A stretch of 56,939 nt of DNA from Tubiluchus corallicola (Eukaryota; Animalia; Priapulida). Under the pieces are notes generated by a model that ran no database searches, was not told where the DNA came from, and worked only from the letters and a program-made list of their open reading frames with translations. The stretch lies in NCBI GenBank assembly GCA_030141605.1, contig JAQGDQ010000563.1:82637-139575 (forward strand), given 5' to 3'. Positions 50,451 through 56,939 of this stretch are shown piece after piece. Both the position numbers and the translations under genes were made by a program. The stretch's first letter is position 1. Each line of letters starts with the position of its first letter.

Positions 50451-51409
50451 TGCCGCTAAAGAGCTTTTTTGTAAATAATGTTCTGCAAAATTTTGAAAAA
50501 TTCGGGTAATTTAGTTTGGGAAAATGTCCGTAGCAGTAAACAGTGGCCCTCCCGCAAATCCTAAACCATCTCGCTACACACACAATCAAAGTTGTAGAGG
50601 CGATCAAGGGTTGTTCTTCGGGTTTTTTTGCTTCCCTTTTCCTAACAGTCGATTTGAAAAATTAACTCCTGATGACATAGACAAAGGGCTATATCTAGAC
50701 TTTTCATTTGATGCATAGATTATTCGAAAATTATATGTGCTTAAATATTAAAATAAATAATTATAATAATGCAGTATACATCGAAAATAATTGTACAGAT
50801 TTATTTATTTCGCTTACATTTATATATGTAATAATAATTTTATTTTGCCAGGGACTGGATGTTTACGTGTTTTCTACGTAAGTTGTGTTACTTTACTATC
50901 GTAATAAACAACCTTGAACTAATTTGCTTGTATCAACAGACTTTCTTTAATATGCTGCTGACTTCAACATTGTGAATTCTGGGTTAGATATATATACGGC
51001 TACAAACTAAAAGTCCAATCATTTTTCTAGAGACCAGTCAAGGTAATAAACATATTAAAATGATAGTCATATTTTTAGTTCATTAGCATTCAAGCTGAAT
51101 GAATTAACTTTTAGCAAGTGAGCTAGTGCGGGAAATTCTTTTTCTTTTCTTCAAAATGTCTTTTCATGCGCGTTTAAGGTCAATGACAGAACGTGGCATA
51201 ACTTTGAAAGAATTTACAGAATTTTTGCGAATTTGTAAGATTTTCAATAATATTGACTGAAAACATTGAGTGAGTTTCATCTCATGCAAAAGTCAAATTT
51301 ACACAAGAAAACTAAAACAAACTAAGTCTTTCTAAGTTATATACATAAACATTCAGTTATCTCAATACTTTAACAACTATTACAGTGTTTCCTATATTGT
51401 CAGAGTATC

Positions 51410-51595
51410 GTTTCTTAACTCTTTCCCTGGTTTCTTTTCCCAAGTGCTCAGTTGTGGTTAATTTGAAGAAAATCTTAAAATGTGAGAAAATAATTTTTAC
51501 ATCAGTACCCACTAGAAGCTACATGTCAAAATCTAAAATCAGCAACAGACAATTTTGGAAGTTTATTAAGAGCCTTTGTGTTGAAAGCTAGGGCA
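51410..51595 (-). repeat. Diverged copy related to the FSTKxCE family
   Basis: ttaactctttccctgg and ctttgtgttgaa match 16697-16860. Minus frame reads ERVKKRYSDNIG, compare ERVKKRRSANRD at 34.8 kb. Confidence 0.45.
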
Positions 51596-52371
51596 GAAAG
51601 GCAAAAAAATTCCTTAAAGTAATAATTTGTTGAGTTATTAATCGTATAAATATTTACTGTGTACCAGTTTTGATTTGCTTGGCAAATTTTTTGTCTCGTA
51701 ATGGATTTTCTCTGGTTAAATATTATAGCTGTTGCGTTAGTTATGATTTTATACACTAGATGGCTGACGGATGTTACCTTATGCTACTCAGTTAATTCGA
51801 GCATCCGCCATTACTAGACATGTATGCTGCACTCCAGAGCTGTCAATCATTTTTTCCCATGAGCTCTCATGTGCGACTTTGTTTCCATAAACATTGCAAT
51901 CACTACACCAGCATGTATGAGAGTGCACCTCGTCTCTGCCTTGCTCTACACAGACCCACATGTTTGGGTAAAATAGTTTCACCTTGCAGTGTATGTACAC
52001 TAACCAAAAATGAAAGTGGAGAAATAATAGCAAAGGCTGCAAAAAGGCTGCGTATTAATAAATTGCTGGAATAAAAATTAATGACACAAAAAAACCTGGG
52101 GCAGAATTTGCAAAGCTGTCAAAAAGTTAACAACGTCATTATTACATTCCCTGAACTATTAATACCGACATGGTTAAGTTTGTGGCGAACGATGTGTAAC
52201 TGGGAACTGGTTCTTAAATAAATTTGTATTTTCTTGACCCTGGCAAATATATTTGAGGCGGGGAGGTGGTCAAACTGCATCACTTGTCTTGTAGTTTACT
52301 TTATTTCGCATGTAACTATTTTCTCTGTACGAGAAGACATGCGAATTTGTTCTCAAGTCAAAGCTAGAATT

Positions 52372-52532
52372 TTTTCATCGTGCAAATTTTCTTGCTTTTA
52401 AGGCAAAGCAATCATTTCCGTCATTGTGTGCAACACTTGCAGACATCTTACCTGCCATTTTGAAATTGGGTGTAACCATAAAGGCATATAATCTTCAAAC
52501 ATGGATTCATGACCCTGAAAACCTATATTAGA
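52372..52532. repeat. Isolated fragment of the palindrome arm sequence
   Basis: catcgtgcaaattt...ttttaaggcaaagcaa...gtgcaacacttgcagacat...aaattgggtgtaa matches 56712-56860 in the same orientation. Confidence 0.85.
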
Positions 52533-52611
52533 AAGGAGGTATTTACTGCTGAGGTTGCCAACATGAACATAATAATGGAACCGAAACAATCGCAAAGTGA
52601 ATGCATACCAT

Positions 52612-52688
52612 AATTTATTATTATATTTTTATCACTATATTTTTATTATAGTTTATTATTATTATTATTTAATTATTATTATTACTAC

Positions 52689-52762
<74 letters not shown>

Positions 52763-52768
52763 ATTATA
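52612..52768. repeat. (ATT)n microsatellite
   Basis: Pure (ATT)n at ~52690-52752 with degenerate flanks. Confidence 0.95.
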
Positions 52769-53929
52769 TGCAAATGCACATCATTAGCAATTCATATAAT
52801 AATAAAAAAATCATTTCTAGAAAAAGGCACTTTCTGGTTTTCTGGTGTCCCAGTTCTTCTAGTATCATTAATCTTATTACATTCTTGTTTCAATGAAAGC
52901 TCTGGCACGAAAACACAAGGACAGTTCTAAGACTTGCATGAAAAAATCATTTGCTGTAAAAAAACAAGAACAAATTATAAAATTCTAGAATGCGCAAAAA
53001 ATTGAGAGGTTTTTACTAAAATAAGTTTTGCGCACAAAATTTTCCTCAAACTTCTAGAGCGCAGAACTTAAGCAGGCAGAGCAAAACTGCTGCTGATCAT
53101 AGCCGTCACGGTCACGGCTCTGGCTGTGATGATAGACAACTGCCAGTTTCTGGGCGTGAGCATTTGCTGTCAGACTTTATAGACGTGTCTTTTTCCGCTA
53201 TATTGCCAGCTGACAACCCATGCAAATCACTAGTGTTGTGATTTTCGTGTGGCGAGTGTGAAAACCTGCAAATAGAGGTACCTTTATAAATCAGTATTTA
53301 CACGTCATTAAAAATGAAAGATTTATCGTGTTTTACAGAAATCTCGTTCTTTTTTATAATTTTTAGTGAAATGTAAGTTTCAGTGACGTTTGGTGTAACT
53401 TTCTCTTAAATTTAAAACCACAATATATCGTGTTTTTGTGTGACGTAAAGTATTTTTGTGAAATAATGCGAATTTGTGTGTCGTGTTCAAGAATCAAGAT
53501 ACTAAGAGTACGGTTGCTTGTTTACTTTATTCACTACATAATAATAATAAAATGATAATCTTATTTTTCTGTAATCATAACTTCTTGCTTTTATCAATAA
53601 ATTTACTCCCTGTATTCGGTTTCGTTGTGAAACTGCATAATATTAATTGTTTGCATGTAATTATTCTTATTAATACTTGACGAAGTATTTTCTGATTTGA
53701 TAAAAGTTTTGAGTTTCCTAAAGTTTAAAGTAAATGCCTTTATAGTTGGGTTTATATAATTTAAAAATTGTTTAACGAAAATGACTAAACTGATGATAAT
53801 GATGATAAAAATGAAAATAAAATGACTATAATGATAACAAAATATCAAAAAAGAAAATACTTCAAGTAACGCATTTATTGGAGTTTTCTTGTGGTATTTG
53901 GTTGAGAGAAAAACATATGCAAATTAGGC

Positions 53930-54120
53930 GGACACTTGAGCACTGCAAATTGCCTATTTATGATGTAAAAAAGATGGACAAAAATAAATGGATATTTAGG
54001 CTACCAGAATGCTAAAAAGCTCATAATAATTCAAAAGCTTGAAACTTTGCAAAGTGATAGAGCTAGTTAAGATGATAAAATTTGGTTATGGCTCAATCGA
54101 TATTCGTCGAATTTGAAGTA
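53930..54120 (+). repeat. Dispersed repeat matching 55130-55320
   Basis: ttgag.actgcaaattg, tatgatgt.aaaaagatgg and aatggatatttag are shared. Confidence 0.7.
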
Positions 54121-55335
54121 AGCACAAAATGTTTTATTTTAAATTCAATATTATACAAAAAGTAAAAGACGTGGCGATTTCTTCGCTTCCAATGAGTAGA
54201 CTAAAAAACGTGCTCAATTCTGATTGGTTGACCTACTAAATTCATATAAGCCAGGTTCAACAGGCAATTCTAAATAAGTACAACTTTAGATTAAAGGGCA
54301 AGCAGAGAAAAATTTTCCAAACAGTTTCTTTTATTGAGACAGCAGTTATGCAATTTTTAACAATTGGTAACAATGAAATTGTTACTCTAGAACTACACTG
54401 AGCAGCTTGTGCAAAATAGAATTCACTCTTGGTACTTAGATGGTGCGTAAACGAAAATAAACCTCTTCCTGCAGTCTGGCCAATGAAACTGTTACAACAT
54501 TGCAGCATGAAACCCAAAAACTTTGCTGGTCTTACAAAGACGATCTTGAGACTCTAGTCGAAGAATACTCTAGTTCAATAAATAAGCTCAAATTATTAAT
54601 AACATGGTTCTAAAACTCACACCACGAAGATTAGAATTGATGTTATTGACTCTTGCTTCTGATTATATGCTATCCAAATGAATCTTTGTTTTTTTTTGCA
54701 AAATTTACAAGCAAAACTGTTTAAACCAGAACTCAGTTTATCACGTAGTATAGATTAATCCAGGTTGCAACAAAGAAGACTCGTTTAGGATATCATATAT
54801 CATCAACAATAGTTAATAGTGTCAGTGTTATTTTGCATGGTATAAGTATTAGTTTTTTCAGTAGATGGGATTTATTTGGTGCTTTGAGATATCATGAACA
54901 GGCTACAGAAAGTCGCCTTGGCCAAACAAAGTTTTGGTATTGCAGCTGTAGTAACAGCTACTCTGAATAGGCTCAACGACATTTGACTTTTGGCATAAGT
55001 GAGCATTTGCAAACCAAAAACCAGTTATATTTACCATAAACCAATCAGTGTAATAAAAAATAGCAAGAAAATGTTTTTTAGCATTTTCAAGTAGAAAATG
55101 GTCCAGAAAATATCATGTCCAAATTATATAGCAATTTGAGTACTGCAAATTGTGCAATTATGATGTCAAAAAAGATGGCCACCTGTTGACCAAAATGAAT
55201 GGATATTTAGTCACCAGAAAGCTCTCTTTGATTTAAATGCATGATACTTTTGTTTGCACAGCACTAAAGTTTATTAAGGTGATCAATTTTAATATGGAAA
55301 TTCGAAATTCGACCAATATGACTGCAATTTTCGAC

Positions 55336-56939
55336 ATGGCTTACAAAATGGCTGTTGCTAGCTTATAAGGGCTACATCTTAGCTATCAAAGCATTCAGGA
55401 TAAAGATTTTGGTGTCTAAATATAGGTTTTCAAGGCCATGTCTGAAGATTATATGCCCCTATGATTACACCCAATTTCAAAATGGCAGGCAACATGTCTG
55501 CAAGTGTTGCACAAAATGACGAAATGCTTGCTTCGCCTTAAAATCATGAAACTTTGCATGATTCTAAAACCCAACCGGTTGATTAATTTTAGATATGGAG
55601 CCAATGGAAAATTATTGAAAATGTCCGTAGCATTAAAATGGCCGAAATAATAGCTGTTGTCAGCTCATAAGGGTCATATCTTTTAGGAATTGTAAACAAA
55701 GTCTACCTGGTTTGTCAACTAACATTCATGTACTGTCATATAGCAAGGTTATGTGTAACTGCTGGTATGGTTTCTCGAATGAATATTATAGGTACTGTAC
55801 TATATAATGTGCTAGGTATATAACTATTCTCTGATTAATGTCCTGAACAGGAAATGCATCCAGTACATAGATTTTTATGAAATTGTGATTGCCATAGGCC
55901 CCTGAAAAGAACAAGTTCTGTCAGCTCTTATTGGTTGCGACTAGATTTCAAATTTTGCCAGGAAAGAAAAAATACATAGCCTTCTCCACGTGATATGAGC
56001 TGAAGTGGTAACAGATTTTTTTTACTCTAAGCGTTTACCCTAGAGATAAGCTGCTGACTCACGACGTGTTTGTGCTTAAATATTGAACTGCACTCTGGTA
56101 TGGCAAAGAGAACACATGCATCCATGTGACAGCTGACAAAACACACAAATACTTATCCACAAGGAAAAAATGCTATTGGTTGCAATATTGAAGCATGCCA
56201 AACAGGTTGCAAATCAGGCAGAACCTTTGGGACCAGGCACTGATCCCTGTCATAATTTTTCTGTTACGTCTTCAACGCTTACCACATAGACCAGGCCAAC
56301 TTTTTCTTTTCCTGTCAGAATCTAAAATCTGATCTCAGCCAGTATGAGCTGGTAAAACTGATTCTTTTCAGAGACTACGGTATTCGAAATTTTATGAAAA
56401 GCAATATACCCTACGTTTTTTCCTGTTCTGGACAATAAGCAGATAATAGCAATATGCCAAACACATTATATAATATTGTATCGAAAATATTCATTCGAGA
56501 AACCTGTACCATCATTAAATATAACGTTGCCGTGCTGGGACAGTACGTGCATGTTAGTTGACAAATCAGGTAGACTTTGTTTACAATTCCTAAAAGATAT
56601 GACCCTTATGAGCTGACAACAGCTATTATTTCGGCCATTTTAATGCTACGGACATTTTCAATAATTTTCCATTGGCTCCATATCTAAAATTAATCAACTG
56701 GTTGGGTATTAGCATCGTGCAAATTTCATGATTTTAAGGCAAAGCAAGCATTTCGTCATTTTGTGCAACACTTGCAGACATGTTGCCTGCCATTTTTAAA
56801 TTGGGTGTAATCATAGGGGCATATAATCTTCAGACATGGCCTTGGAAACCTATATTTAGACACCAAAATCTTTATCCTGAATGCTTTGATAGCTAAGATG
56901 TAGCCCTTATAAGCTAGAAACAGCCATATTGTTAGCCAT
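55336..56939. mobile_element. Long palindrome / foldback-type element centred near 56138, running off the window edge
   Basis: 55336-55735 is the near-perfect reverse complement of ~56540-56939. Weaker inverted similarity continues inward to ~56090/56178. Confidence 0.88.

Noticed and set aside
51820-52074. 84-aa Cys/His-rich ORF
   Set aside because: No recognisable metal-binding spacing or supporting exons.
50843-52247. tttgccaggg / ccctggcaaa inverted pair as hAT TIRs
   Set aside because: Only ~10 bp match and no 8-bp direct TSD is present.

Overview
AT-rich, repeat-dense eukaryotic DNA, probably from a marine invertebrate such as a cnidarian (inferred from the repeat and gene style, not demonstrated). 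Main contents: (i) a 5'-truncated CR1/L2-group LINE (~1385-3820) plus two other LINE 3' remnants; (ii) a split, possibly disrupted GT31 (B3GALT6-like) glycosyltransferase gene (8871-13559); (iii) three head-to-tail non-autonomous Helitrons and a fourth truncated copy (22670-25640); (iv) several minisatellites whose parent sequences can be recognised: a 29-bp array at a Helitron-like 3' end, an 81-bp array from the glycogenin N-terminal coding sequence, a 33-bp array inside a dispersed repeat whose unexpanded copy is also in the window, and a 69-bp array from an unidentified multi-copy coding-like family; (v) a complete minus-strand Ty3/Gypsy LTR retrotransposon (41063-49308, ATCGT target-site duplication) with the Gmr1-type order Gag-PR-IN-RT-RH, disabled by one frameshift and one stop in RT; (vi) a palindrome of at least 1.6 kb at the right edge whose outer arms are nearly identical and whose inner arms are much more diverged. 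No rRNA, tRNA or CRISPR features were found. All alignments and identity estimates were made by eye.
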